In this document: piece after piece, positions 44,887-54,150 of the stretch | Layout of the letters: each line of letters begins with the position of its first letter | Numbering within the stretch: the first letter of the stretch is position 1 | Assembly: GCA_965205485.1 (NCBI GenBank) | Contig: OZ242180.1 | Location: 2,208,001 to 2,272,000, forward strand | Direction of reading: 5' to 3' | DNA: 64,000 nt | Source: Candidatus Latescibacterota bacterium | GTDB taxonomy: Bacteria; Latescibacterota; UBA2968; GCA-2709665 | Position numbers and translations under genes: made by a program | Notes under the pieces: model-generated | The model's database searches: none | Told to the model about the DNA's origin: nothing | Seen by the model: only the letters and a program-made list of their open reading frames with translations

Positions 44887-45888
44887 TTATAGCTTGTCTT
44901 TGGCTATCGTCGCAACGGCGATATGCATCCCCTCGCCGTTGTCTCCCCCCTCGAACCGATTGAAATTCGTCTTCAGATTACAGCCCGCGTAATACAGCAT
45001 CAACGTATCTCCCGCGTCCACCACGCATGGCGTCGAGACCGTCTTCCAGTCAAAACGACCCAGGTCACGAGATGCGGCAAATGCGGGGGTCTCGTGGTTC
45101 AGCGTCCAGGTAACGCCATCGTCCGATGTGTCGCAGAAGATCTCGTGGTAGACCATATTCATCGGACCGGTTTTTTCTTTCAGGTGGCCGATATGCCACA
45201 TGTACCAGGATTCGTTGATCCTGTGGACTTCCGGGTAAACGCAGGACCTGGTGTTACCGGTGGCCTGAACGACCGCCGGTTCACGCCGGGACCAGTCGAT
45301 TCCATCTTCCGACGTGTATTCATACACATAGCCGTACGCCGTTTCCCACGAGTCATCGGGGTTGGGACTGGCATTGAGCCACATGCGGTATCGGCCGCCT
45401 TCCTTATGCACGCATGGCGCCCTGCATTCATGGATCAGGGGTTCCTGCCGGAATTCCCAGTGTAGTCCGTCCCGGCTGGTCGCATACCCCATGGCCGAAC
45501 TGATGTTCTTCGCCAGGATACCATCGTCCCGGTATTCCACGTCGGTCGTACTGCCGAACCACATCTTGTAAACCTGCTCGTCCTCGTCGAACAACACCCA
45601 GGGGGTATGCAGACTCTGGCCCCACGAAAGCCGGTCGGCCGTCAGAATGGGATTGTCCGGGTGCAGGTTCCATGCAAGGCCGTCGTCCGATTCCGCGTAT
45701 CCGATGCACGTTCTGTACAGCGTGGGCCGCACGGCCGAACCGCTAAACCACATTCGGTACTTGCCTTCGGCGTGGATGACGCGCGGGCAGTAGATGTTGC
45801 ATTTCATCCACGGCTGGGGCGGCGGAGCATTGCTGAATATGGGCGTGTCGGGTCTTTCCCAGGGTTGTGATTGCAATGGCGATGCCAT
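44887..45888 (-). CDS. Five-bladed beta-propeller glycosidase-like protein (GH43/GH130-like)
   Basis: Blade motifs YRMWFSG, IGYAESDDGLAW, YKMWF, MGYATSRDGLHW, SEDGIDW, SDDGVTW. Confidence 0.72.
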   Translation of the reverse strand: MASPLQSQPWERPDTPIFSNAPPPQPWMKCNIYCPRVIHAEGKYRMWFSGSAVRPTLYRTCIGYAESDDGLAWNLHPDNPILTADRLSWGQSLHTPWVLFDEDEQVYKMWFGSTTDVEYRDDGILAKNISSAMGYATSRDGLHWEFRQEPLIHECRAPCVHKEGGRYRMWLNASPNPDDSWETAYGYVYEYTSEDGIDWSRREPAVVQATGNTRSCVYPEVHRINESWYMWHIGHLKEKTGPMNMVYHEIFCDTSDDGVTWTLNHETPAFAASRDLGRFDWKTVSTPCVVDAGDTLMLYYAGCNLKTNFNRFEGGDNGEGMHIAVATIAKDKL

Positions 45889-45929
45889 GATACCTCCCGT
45901 ATGTCACGAAATATGGGACCGCAGGACGC

Positions 45930-48128
45930 TCACTCCTCAGATTCAACGAAGCAATACAGTTGCCCGTCGTATGCGCCCACGCAGAACCCGTCTTCGGTCA
46001 GGCAGGGCGCGGCCGCGATCGGGGCGCCCAAGTCCGTACGGCTGACGCAGGCGCCGGTCCGCGCGTTCAGGATGTAAACGCAACCGTCACCGCCGCAGAT
46101 GAGCAGATAGTCCCCATAGATCACCGGCGCCGCGAGAATGGATCGGACCTCGCGGCGGGCCGGGACCATGTCCAGCAGGTCATTGCCAGTTTGGTAGCGC
46201 CATACCAACGCGCCCGATTGGAGATCCAAACAGAGTGCCTCGCCGTCCGGCGTGGTCGCGTACAACCGGTCATTCCGCACGGCGAGTCCGGTGGGATACC
46301 TCGAAGGAAGCACGGCCCTGTTCCACACCACCTCGCCGGTACTGGCGCTCAGGACCGCCATTTGCGCCGGCTCGCCCCCATACCAGTGAAGAGCCGGGGC
46401 GCCGCTGCCGGTGACCACGAGGCCGCCGTCCACCACGGGCCGGGCGTAGGGATTCTCGACGCCCAGGGTCCGTTCCCAGACCACCTTCCCGTTACGTTTG
46501 TCCAACGCCATCAATCCACGGCGCTGGACGAGCAGAATGAGAAGGTCGCCGAAGACCCGCGGGCTCGCGTAGCACGGCCAGCCGTCGCCGCCTTCAATTC
46601 CGGTGTGCCACGCTTGCGCGCCGGTTTCGAGGTTGTAGGCGCCCATACCGGCTTTGCCGCCGGCGTAAACCGTCTTGCCGGCAATGACCGGAGAAGCATA
46701 GATCCAGCGTTCCGGAAAACCGGGCAGATCGGCCGTCCAACGAACGCATCCCAAGTCCGTTTCGATGACGTACAATCGCCCGGCAACGGACACCGCCGCG
46801 GACAAATCAGTCTCATCGTCTGCGGAGCCTGACGAACGGGCAATCGCCACGCTGTTCTTGACGGCTGTGTCCGTAGATGCGCGCCACAATAGCGCGCCGT
46901 TTCGAGCATCGACGCAGGCGACGCCGTTTTGTCCTGGATGGCCTTCGTCCGCCAGGCTCGCGAGGATCCGGTCGCCTGAACGTACCGGCGCGGCGCGGTG
47001 CAGCCCCACCGGAAGGCGATGCGTCCAGAGCAGGCGCAGGCCGTTGCCTGTTTCATCTAACGAAATCGACTCGTTATCCTCGCGCGGCTGCGGGCTCGCC
47101 GTCCGCACAAGGGGCTTGAGCCGGAACTCGAGATCCTCCTCTCGAAATTCTACGAGCCGATATCCCCGCGGTCGTATGTCGAGGCCGCCGAAACAAAGCG
47201 GGGGTACCGCCGCAACGACCATCCCGTCCCGGGTGAACACCTTGCTGGAGTGCCAATGCCCATGCATGACCAACTCTACCCGGTACCGGCTCAAAGCGTT
47301 CAGGAAAGGCATGGACGGCGGCTTGTGAAGGAAGACGACGATTTTGCGATCGCGCGGCTGTTGCGACAGGTCCGCCCACAGCCAGTCTTCCTTACGCTTC
47401 CGGTCCCGCGCCGGGTAGAAATTATCCTCGTTCGGATAGAGGACGAAATGCCAACGCCCGCAATCGAAACTGTAATACGGCGGGCCGAGTACCCGTTCAT
47501 AGTGGCGCGTGAAGGGTTCACCTTCGCGCTGCTTCAGGATCTCCTCGATCTTCGCGTATTCCCTCCTGTGTTTCAATGCGACGAGTTCGTCGACAGTCAG
47601 ATCGCCGAAACGCTCCTGATTCCCGTCGTGTCCGCCGAACATGGGCATTACGGGCGTCGAAACGCATTTAATTGCAGCGTAAAACTGTTCGAGTTCCTCA
47701 AGTGTTCCCCAATCCGTCAGGTCCCCGCTCGCAACAATCAGGTCCGGGCTGGCCTCCCGTTCAAGCTGTCGCAAATCCTGCGACAATGTCTCGCCCTGAA
47801 TCTGGCCTTCGTCCAACACCACGTGGGTATCGCTGATATGGGCCATTGAAAAAGTCCGTCGGTCCCCGTCCGGCAGCCTCTCGAGTTCGAAATCGACCCC
47901 GTGCTGTTCGCGGGTCCACCCAATCGTCGAACGATAGAATCCCTCACCGGGCCGGAAGCCGTCCGGAACCGTCACGAAAACGAACCGGTTCCCGCCCGGC
48001 GAGATCTCCAGCGCGTAGCGACCCGCCGCGTCCGTCCGCACCACGTGCTCCCCGTTGGAAACGGGGACATTTTCAATTGCGCGGTCCGAGGACGCGTCGC
48101 GGATCTGGCCTTCGACGGGAAATGTCAT
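45930..48128 (-). CDS. Calcineurin-like metallophosphoesterase fused to PQQ/BamB-like beta-propeller
   Basis: VPVSNG..TDAAGRY N-domain; ISDTH, GDLTD, GGHD, HKP, HGHWH; repeated G..W blades. Confidence 0.85.
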   Translation of the reverse strand: MTFPVEGQIRDASSDRAIENVPVSNGEHVVRTDAAGRYALEISPGGNRFVFVTVPDGFRPGEGFYRSTIGWTREQHGVDFELERLPDGDRRTFSMAHISDTHVVLDEGQIQGETLSQDLRQLEREASPDLIVASGDLTDWGTLEELEQFYAAIKCVSTPVMPMFGGHDGNQERFGDLTVDELVALKHRREYAKIEEILKQREGEPFTRHYERVLGPPYYSFDCGRWHFVLYPNEDNFYPARDRKRKEDWLWADLSQQPRDRKIVVFLHKPPSMPFLNALSRYRVELVMHGHWHSSKVFTRDGMVVAAVPPLCFGGLDIRPRGYRLVEFREEDLEFRLKPLVRTASPQPREDNESISLDETGNGLRLLWTHRLPVGLHRAAPVRSGDRILASLADEGHPGQNGVACVDARNGALLWRASTDTAVKNSVAIARSSGSADDETDLSAAVSVAGRLYVIETDLGCVRWTADLPGFPERWIYASPVIAGKTVYAGGKAGMGAYNLETGAQAWHTGIEGGDGWPCYASPRVFGDLLILLVQRRGLMALDKRNGKVVWERTLGVENPYARPVVDGGLVVTGSGAPALHWYGGEPAQMAVLSASTGEVVWNRAVLPSRYPTGLAVRNDRLYATTPDGEALCLDLQSGALVWRYQTGNDLLDMVPARREVRSILAAPVIYGDYLLICGGDGCVYILNARTGACVSRTDLGAPIAAAPCLTEDGFCVGAYDGQLYCFVESEE

Positions 48129-48304
48129 CGATCTAACCCCCTGAAATCCCGCGGATTGAACACGAAACAGGCCCCTTCTCCGCTGCGAAAAGGGACCCGT
48201 ACAGGCAAATCTATCCGGTGAATCGACCGATCATTGTCGGTTCGGCGTTCGGCACTCATCGACGTCTCCACGATTTCCGTGCCGGCTTCCGGTTATCCTG
48301 TTTA

Positions 48305-48466
48305 GCAGTCCGTTGATAAAGTCGCTCTGCAGGCGAGGCCGAGCCATTGTGGCCGAAGACAAGGCGCGCGACCGAGTCCCATCCATCGATTCGGCGAGGG
48401 AGTGCAACGCAGTATTTCGACCGCAAGGGCCGGCCGTAGACCGGATGGGCTTTTTCAACGGGCTGT
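48305..48466. mobile_element. MITE-like non-autonomous element, about 160 bp
   Basis: Terminal inverted repeats CAGTCCGTTGATAAAGTC (48306-48323) and GGCTTTTTCAACGGGCTG (48448-48465), 15/18 complementary; flanked by TTAG and TTAA; left end repeated at 62812-62842. Confidence 0.75.
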
Positions 48467-48486
48467 TAAGGTGAGGCTTTGCCCGA

Positions 48487-48807
48487 TCACTCGCCAGGCA
48501 GGCGGTACGACACGCTCTTGTTCACCGCTTCGTCAATGGTCTCCGGCGATATCAGGACCGTCGTGGAGACTTCCAGAGCGCCCGCCGCGGCGATGTTGAG
48601 GGCGAGGGCTGCAGCAGTGGCTTCATCGGGAATCTCCGCGAGCAGGATGAGGTCGTCATCGCCCATCGCGTAGTAGAAGCCCTCCAGCTTCCCGCCCATC
48701 CCTTCCACGGTCTGTGTCAAAGCCGCCCGGCGTCCCGTGCCTCCCTCTCTGAGCAGGCCCTCAAGACCCGACCGCGTGTACCTGGTGCGGAACATGTAAT
48801 TGGCCAT
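48487..48807 (-). CDS. GYD domain-containing protein
   Basis: YTRSGLEGLLREGGTGRR, GGKLEGFYYAMGDDD, YRLPG; GGAGGT RBS. Confidence 0.9.
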   Translation of the reverse strand: MANYMFRTRYTRSGLEGLLREGGTGRRAALTQTVEGMGGKLEGFYYAMGDDDLILLAEIPDEATAAALALNIAAAGALEVSTTVLISPETIDEAVNKSVSYRLPGE

Positions 48808-49019
48808 GGTTCTACCTCCCGTCAGGTGGTGTAGAGTTGCCCTCGGCGCCGCAACGTTGGTCAAAGATGCGGATACGGACCGAAGAAGATGTCGTAGAAG
48901 TGCGCCAGCAGTTTGTCAATATTGTCGATGACACAACACCAGCCGCTGCGTACAGCCTTTACCGAATATGGTTCTTCGCCTAATATGGGAAACAATCGAG
49001 GTGAAGTAAAGGGTTGTAT

Positions 49020-50117
49020 TCACTCATTCACATCTCCCCTGTACCATCGGCCAAGCACTTCCTCCGCCGGTTTGCCCTGCGGCGTGAACCCTCGTTCCCT
49101 CCGAAGTGCGTGGCGGCGTGCGCGTCGTCCTCCGAATTGCGTGCTTCCCTCGGGGAACCACTTCCAGACGTGCGTGCCCGCAAACCAGGGCTTGCGCCAG
49201 AACGTCCGGAACATCGCCTCGTAACACGCCGCCTGCAGCTCAACGTCCACGGGCGCCGCCGACCGCCAGACCCATGGCTCCACGGCCGCATCCGCAGTGC
49301 TCCGATAGCCCACCTCCGTGAAGAGCACCGGCTTGCCCACCCGCTGCTGAACTGCTTCGATCAGCTTTACATGGGGCGCCCATGCAGCGTTTAATTCGTC
49401 GAGCGTCAAAGCGGCGCCGGTGCTGTCCGCCAGCGGGAAGTAGACCTGGAGTCCGATGTAATCGAGCGCGTCCCAGAAGGGCACCTCCTCGAACTCCCGG
49501 TACCAGTTCGCCGAATAGGTGAGTTCGCCACCGTACACCGCCCTCACGTCCACAATCAGACTGCGCCAGGCGTCGGGACGGTTCAACACGGCGCTGCGCA
49601 GTTCCGTCCCGATACAAAGCGCCTCCATCCCGGCGGATTCCGACAGTGCGGCGTAGTGGAGAATGAACCGCCGGTAGCTTGCCCACCACCTGTCCCATTC
49701 TTCAGGCGTCGAAAAGTCGATATTTCCCCGCCACCTCCCGTCGCTCCGGTCCCGGATCCAGACGTGAGGCTTCAGTATCGTCCGGATACCCCGCTGCCGC
49801 GCCCGCCGTGCGGCATCCGCCAGTCCCGCGTCCGATTCCCCCCACCAGACCCGTCCGGAAGTCGCCAGGATCACCTCGGGGCTGCCGGCGCTGCGCTGCC
49901 ATCCGAACGGCGTCTGGGAAATCCAGTTCACGTTCAGCGCGGCCAGGCGGTCGAACGCCGCATCCACGGGGCGTCCCGGTCCCGCCACGAAACAGACGCC
50001 GCGGTGTTTTTCCTTCAATGTCGATGCCGTGAAAGCCGGGGTCGGCGTCTCAGCCCATAACGCCCCGCTCGAGAGAGCACAACCAACAAGCACAATTGCC
50101 CGTCGCATCCGCGTCAA
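49020..50117 (-). CDS. Glycoside hydrolase family 113-like secreted protein
   Basis: Signal peptide; LKPHVW, WRGNI, IGTEL, LTYSANW, FWDALDYIG, FTEVGY, FTPQGKPAE. Confidence 0.88.
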   Translation of the reverse strand: MTRMRRAIVLVGCALSSGALWAETPTPAFTASTLKEKHRGVCFVAGPGRPVDAAFDRLAALNVNWISQTPFGWQRSAGSPEVILATSGRVWWGESDAGLADAARRARQRGIRTILKPHVWIRDRSDGRWRGNIDFSTPEEWDRWWASYRRFILHYAALSESAGMEALCIGTELRSAVLNRPDAWRSLIVDVRAVYGGELTYSANWYREFEEVPFWDALDYIGLQVYFPLADSTGAALTLDELNAAWAPHVKLIEAVQQRVGKPVLFTEVGYRSTADAAVEPWVWRSAAPVDVELQAACYEAMFRTFWRKPWFAGTHVWKWFPEGSTQFGGRRARRHALRRERGFTPQGKPAEEVLGRWYRGDVNE

Positions 50118-50223
50118 TGCTGCGTCCCTTCTCGAGTCAATCCGTTCATGCGGGTGGTTATCCGAACCTCCGTTGTCCGACCTGGCGCATCAGACTGCCC
50201 GGACAGATCGTGCAGGACGGGTG

Positions 50224-50256
50224 TTGACTATGCCAATGTAAGACGTTATCTTACAT
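50224..50256 (+). promoter_or_regulatory. vapBC promoter with operator palindrome; leaderless
   Basis: TTGACT (50224), 17 nt, TATCTT (50247); inverted repeat ATGTAAGA-N5-TCTTACAT (50236-50256); ATG 7 nt after the -10. Confidence 0.72.
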
Positions 50257-50259
50257 CCT

Positions 50260-50493
50260 ATGAAAACAGTACTTTCAACCAGGGGTCAGATTGTCATTCC
50301 GGCCGAGTTTCGACACCAGGACAAGCTCGAACCGGGCCAGTCGTTTGCAATAGAACGGGTGGACAGAGGCGAATATCGTCTGGTTGTTGCCGACCCCCCG
50401 AGGAACCACGGCCTGGTGGACACACTCCTCGCGTGTCCCCAAAAAGGCTGGTTCGCGCCAATCGAATCGGAGTCAACTGACTCGCTCGGATGA
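50260..50493 (+). CDS. vapB: AbrB/MazE-fold antitoxin
   Basis: LSTRGQIVIPAEFR..LEPG; overlaps start of the PIN gene. Confidence 0.87.
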   Translation: MKTVLSTRGQIVIPAEFRHQDKLEPGQSFAIERVDRGEYRLVVADPPRNHGLVDTLLACPQKGWFAPIESESTDSLG

Positions 50494-50972
50494 TCACCGT
50501 GATGTTTCTCGTCGACGCCAATGTACTGTCCGAGGCGACCCAGCCAGGGCCGGACCCGAGGGTGATCGAGTGGCTCGCGCGAAACGAACGCGACTTGGCC
50601 GTCGATCCCGTGATCCTGGGAGAAATCCGCTTCGGGATCCTTCTGCTGCCGCAAGGGCGTCGGCGTCGGGCGCTCGAGCGCTGGTTCGACGACGTCGCCC
50701 GTCGCATTCACTGTATCCCGTGGGATGCCGAGACCGGATTGCGCTGGGCGGAACTGCTGGCGCATCTTCGTCTTGTGGGAAAGCCGATGCCGATCAAGGA
50801 CAGTTTAATTGCCGCCACCGCACTGACCCACGGACTACCTCTGGCGACCCGAAATCGTCGCAACTTCGAAGTCAGCGGCGTCAAACTCGTCCTGAAAGGG
50901 GAGTGTGGAAATAAGGGTCTGTGGGCTGCCTCTTTAGAGAATCAAGGTCAACAGTACCGCATCCTCGTTTGA
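50490..50972 (+). CDS. vapC: PIN-domain VapC toxin
   Basis: FLVDANVLSE, LGEIRFG, DSLIAATA, LATRN; atypical C-terminus. Confidence 0.88.
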   Translation: MITVMFLVDANVLSEATQPGPDPRVIEWLARNERDLAVDPVILGEIRFGILLLPQGRRRRALERWFDDVARRIHCIPWDAETGLRWAELLAHLRLVGKPMPIKDSLIAATALTHGLPLATRNRRNFEVSGVKLVLKGECGNKGLWAASLENQGQQYRILV

Positions 50973-51018
50973 TCCGGCTTCGCGTCGTCTGTTGTGGCTT
51001 AAATTCGAGAATTGAAAA

Positions 51019-51048
51019 CAGGGGAAGGGGCGATCGCCCCTTCCCCTG
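51019..51048. terminator. Perfect 30-bp palindrome between convergent TA modules
   Basis: CAGGGGAAGGGGCGATCGCCCCTTCCCCTG equals its own reverse complement. Confidence 0.65.
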
Positions 51049-51151
51049 CAGTTTGCCTGTCAACGCCGTGACCCCGCTCCAATCAATCCGTCCACCTCTG
51101 CTTCGTAAGCGGCACACCGCCCGATCCTCATGGAATCGTTGGTTTGAATTA

Positions 51152-51412
51152 TCATTCCAGTGGAGCGATTTTACCAGGCGATTCGAGGCGTTGTGCCTTC
51201 TGCCACGCTTGCCGTAACTGAAGCCGTCGCAAGAGTGCCCATTCCATTACGAGACCCTGTGCGCGCGGCGGCAGGCGCCCACCCAGAACCGACGGTGTTT
51301 CTATACTGATCACTGCCTCGTCCCCACTGTACTCAGCGTGGAAATGTGCGGGCGCGTGGTCATTGAAATACATTCGAATAACGATTCCGTAAAATCGGCA
51401 GAGTTCAGGCAT
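51152..51412 (-). CDS. DUF4160 domain protein (putative TA component)
   Basis: MPELCRFYGIVIRMYFNDHAPAHFHAEY, EWA, LRQAW, IAPL. Confidence 0.92.
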   Translation of the reverse strand: MPELCRFYGIVIRMYFNDHAPAHFHAEYSGDEAVISIETPSVLGGRLPPRAQGLVMEWALLRRLQLRQAWQKAQRLESPGKIAPLE

Positions 51413-51692
51413 TTTCAACCGATACTAATGTGTCGGACATCACCTCCACAACCGATTTGCCGCTGAGCTGCAGATACAGGGCATCGGGGCAAAGTTCCAA
51501 TTCCTCACCCCAGGCCACAGCGCCATGATCCTCAATTCGTACGGCTTCAAAAAAGGAGCGATCTTCCCAGGCATCGAATACGCCGCGTCCAGCCATGTGC
51601 GCCAGGTCAATTTCACCCTCGACACCGTCCGAATAGCGCAGCCAGATGTGGTAGCCTTCTCGGGCTTCCACTGCAATTGGTCGTATCATCAT
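51405..51692 (-). CDS. DUF2442 domain protein (putative antitoxin)
   Basis: YHIWLRYSDGVEGEIDL, FFEAV, AVAW..ELCPDALY. Confidence 0.9.
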   Translation of the reverse strand: MMIRPIAVEAREGYHIWLRYSDGVEGEIDLAHMAGRGVFDAWEDRSFFEAVRIEDHGAVAWGEELELCPDALYLQLSGKSVVEVMSDTLVSVENA

Positions 51693-51736
51693 ATATTCCA
51701 GCGAACAACCTTGTAATGGGGCTCCATTCGTTGGAT

Positions 51737-51774
51737 GAAAAAGGGGAAGGGATCGCTGCCCCTTCCCCCTTTTC
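51737..51774. terminator. Bidirectional intrinsic-terminator-like hairpin
   Basis: GAAAAAGGGGAAGGG-ATCGCTGC-CCCTTCCCCCTTTTC, downstream of the gene ending at 51824. Confidence 0.7.
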
Positions 51775-51823
51775 GGATTCGCATTGTACGTCCACCAGCG
51801 GAGATGGATTTCCGTTGAAGCCG

Positions 51824-52699
51824 TTACTGCATCAGGCTTCCGGTGTAGGAGATCCCGAACAGGAACGTGGAGCCTGCGAAAAACGTATATGGCGCTCCCA
51901 ACGAGGGGTCGGCCCGGCCGAGAACGGACACGCGCGCCGCGGCTTCAAGGGCGATGCCCTGCGGCAGGCTGACGATCGCAGTCGGTATCGCATAGGTGAC
52001 CCGCCGGCCGGCGCCCGAAATCCCTTCCAGCTTCAGGGCTATATTCAACATTTCGACGGGGCTGGCGCCGATCTCGACATTGTAGATCAACTCGTCGTCC
52101 GGGTTGTGGTGAATGGTCTCGTTGGTCTCTCTGAGGCGATACCCCAGGTCGATGTTGGCGTATATCGGGATGGGCCAGTAGGACTTGCCGACTTGCGCGA
52201 CCACTTCGACGTCCCACTGGCCGTTGCCGGCGGACATGGCCTCGGGCGCGGCGCGGAAATCCCCGGTTGGCGCCTTGATGCCGAGCATCAGGGTGCCAAC
52301 GACGGGCTCATGAACGAGATTGACCTTGCCGAAGACGCGGATGTCGCCAAGACCTGACTCTTTTGCGCGGTATCCGAACATCTCTCTGTGCCTGTTCGAA
52401 GTGAAATTCTCGAACTTCCTGTTGATCGCCCCGAACTGAACGCCGAGATCGAAGCGCTTGGTCACCCCGTAGTACACGTCGAGATACAACTCCTGCGAAG
52501 TATAATCCGCGGGAATCCCACTCGGTTCTCCATCCTTGTCGTAGTGTTCATCGGTGGCCTGGTACAGGCCGGTAATCTTGCTCCACACCTGTCCCTTTTC
52601 AAGGGTCCACGCACCCGCGTACGCGGCCTGTGGCGCAATAAGTCCGACGGTGAGGACGAGTAGGGCGACCATACGCGAGAGGGTTCTCAGGATCGTCAT
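51824..52699 (-). CDS. Hypothetical secreted/outer-membrane beta-barrel protein (MetA-pathway transporter-like)
   Basis: Signal peptide ending AYAGAWT; YYGVTKRF, SGLGDIRV, GIKAPTG, GNGQWDVE. Confidence 0.65.
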   Translation of the reverse strand: MTILRTLSRMVALLVLTVGLIAPQAAYAGAWTLEKGQVWSKITGLYQATDEHYDKDGEPSGIPADYTSQELYLDVYYGVTKRFDLGVQFGAINRKFENFTSNRHREMFGYRAKESGLGDIRVFGKVNLVHEPVVGTLMLGIKAPTGDFRAAPEAMSAGNGQWDVEVVAQVGKSYWPIPIYANIDLGYRLRETNETIHHNPDDELIYNVEIGASPVEMLNIALKLEGISGAGRRVTYAIPTAIVSLPQGIALEAAARVSVLGRADPSLGAPYTFFAGSTFLFGISYTGSLMQ

Positions 52700-53009
52700 C
52701 TTCGCGTACGGGAACGAGATTTCAGCTGATTGGCTCAACTCCAACTCCTTTTCGATACGTCCCCAGGCCTGCCGGACAGCGTCGGGCAGACGTAGAAGAC
52801 AATCGTGAATAAAGCACCTGAACGCCGGGGGATTTTCTGCCGCCGCCACGGCCCGTGTGAAACGGCAAATTCACCTTTAATTCTACAATATTCACATCCG
52901 TACCGCAATAGGCATCTTCACCAAATGGCGGTTCACTATTGCAAAACGCGACAGCGCAGGCAGAGGACCCGTTCCGACTTAGCCCTCGCGACTCCCTTTC
53001 CCCCTTGGG

Positions 53010-54074
53010 TCAATTTGGATATTCGAACTCCTCGTAATCGTCTTTCTCGATCGGATGCAGGTAAAGCCGCATCTTACGATCTCTCGACGTTGCGAACATC
53101 ACCTGGCAGGAGATCAGGTCGCTCACGTTCAAACCGTGCGTCTGCAGGATGCGCCCGGGCGCGTGCACGTCGAACGAGAAATCGATCAATTCCTGCAAGT
53201 TCTTCATCCGGGCGAAGACGTTCCGATAGTGCGCGAAATACATGACGCGCGCCTGGGAGTTGTAATAGTAGGGCCCGTCCCAGAACTCGGGGTCCGCCTC
53301 ACGGGACGGATTCTGTAGCTTGGGATGCTGCCAGTGATTCACCTCCAGGAGCATCCCGTCCTGCGCCTCCGAAATGGCGACGTTTTCCGATTCCAGTTCC
53401 AGCCCCAGTATATTCCCCCCGGCGTCGACCGTGACCAGGTTCATCCCTTTCTGCCCTGAGAGGCGGTACTGTTCCACGAAATGCCGGACGTCGTCGCAGT
53501 CGCCGCAGTGCTGCGCCAGCAGGTGAACGACGAAGTACAGGTTCAGGTGTTCGGGGTTGGAGACGAAGTTGAACTTCCGATGCCCTGAATTCGCCCCGAC
53601 CGCCAGTCCGGCGTCATTTACAGCCATCCCCAGCGTGACCTGTCGCCTGGTGCCGAACCCCATCATCCCATGAGGTTTCGTGTCCGGAAAAAATGAGACG
53701 ACGGAATTGGAAACGGTTCCGGGCACCGTATCCGTGCCTCCGTCGTTGGTGGACAACATCGCCGGGCCGTCGTCTTCCAGAGTGATTCCCAGCGTGGAGC
53801 AAGCATCCCCGACAGGCCCGGTCCAGAGAATATGGCCGAAGTATGCGTGGTCGAAAGACGCCATTCCCGCCGCCTCGCCGAACGCCTCGATCTGATCGAT
53901 CATATCCGGAAACTCCCGGCGCATGAACGCCATGTTCCGTCGAAAGTAGGCGTTGTCGAAATCGTGTGGGCGGGCCTGCCAGAACTTCAGGTAGTCACGG
54001 GCGGCCTCCGGGTTCATGGAACCCTGCGCCCTGCCGATCTCCGCGGGATTTCCGCGAAATGTACGTGTTTCCAT
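53010..54074 (-). CDS. C45 family Ntn-hydrolase/acyltransferase, paralog A
   Basis: EIGRAQG, autoproteolytic DA-CSTLG, STND, VNDAGLAVG, VNHW. Confidence 0.78.
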   Translation of the reverse strand: METRTFRGNPAEIGRAQGSMNPEAARDYLKFWQARPHDFDNAYFRRNMAFMRREFPDMIDQIEAFGEAAGMASFDHAYFGHILWTGPVGDACSTLGITLEDDGPAMLSTNDGGTDTVPGTVSNSVVSFFPDTKPHGMMGFGTRRQVTLGMAVNDAGLAVGANSGHRKFNFVSNPEHLNLYFVVHLLAQHCGDCDDVRHFVEQYRLSGQKGMNLVTVDAGGNILGLELESENVAISEAQDGMLLEVNHWQHPKLQNPSREADPEFWDGPYYYNSQARVMYFAHYRNVFARMKNLQELIDFSFDVHAPGRILQTHGLNVSDLISCQVMFATSRDRKMRLYLHPIEKDDYEEFEYPN

Positions 54075-54150
54075 AAACACCTCCTTATCTGCACAATGCT
54101 TCGTTCAGCCAGGCTTCGGGCCCGGCCTCAGATCAATCGCATTCGAAGTT

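Noticed and set aside
48231..48458. 75-aa ORF across the MITE as a transposase fragment
   Set aside because: No DDE or HTH features; it simply reads through the non-coding element.
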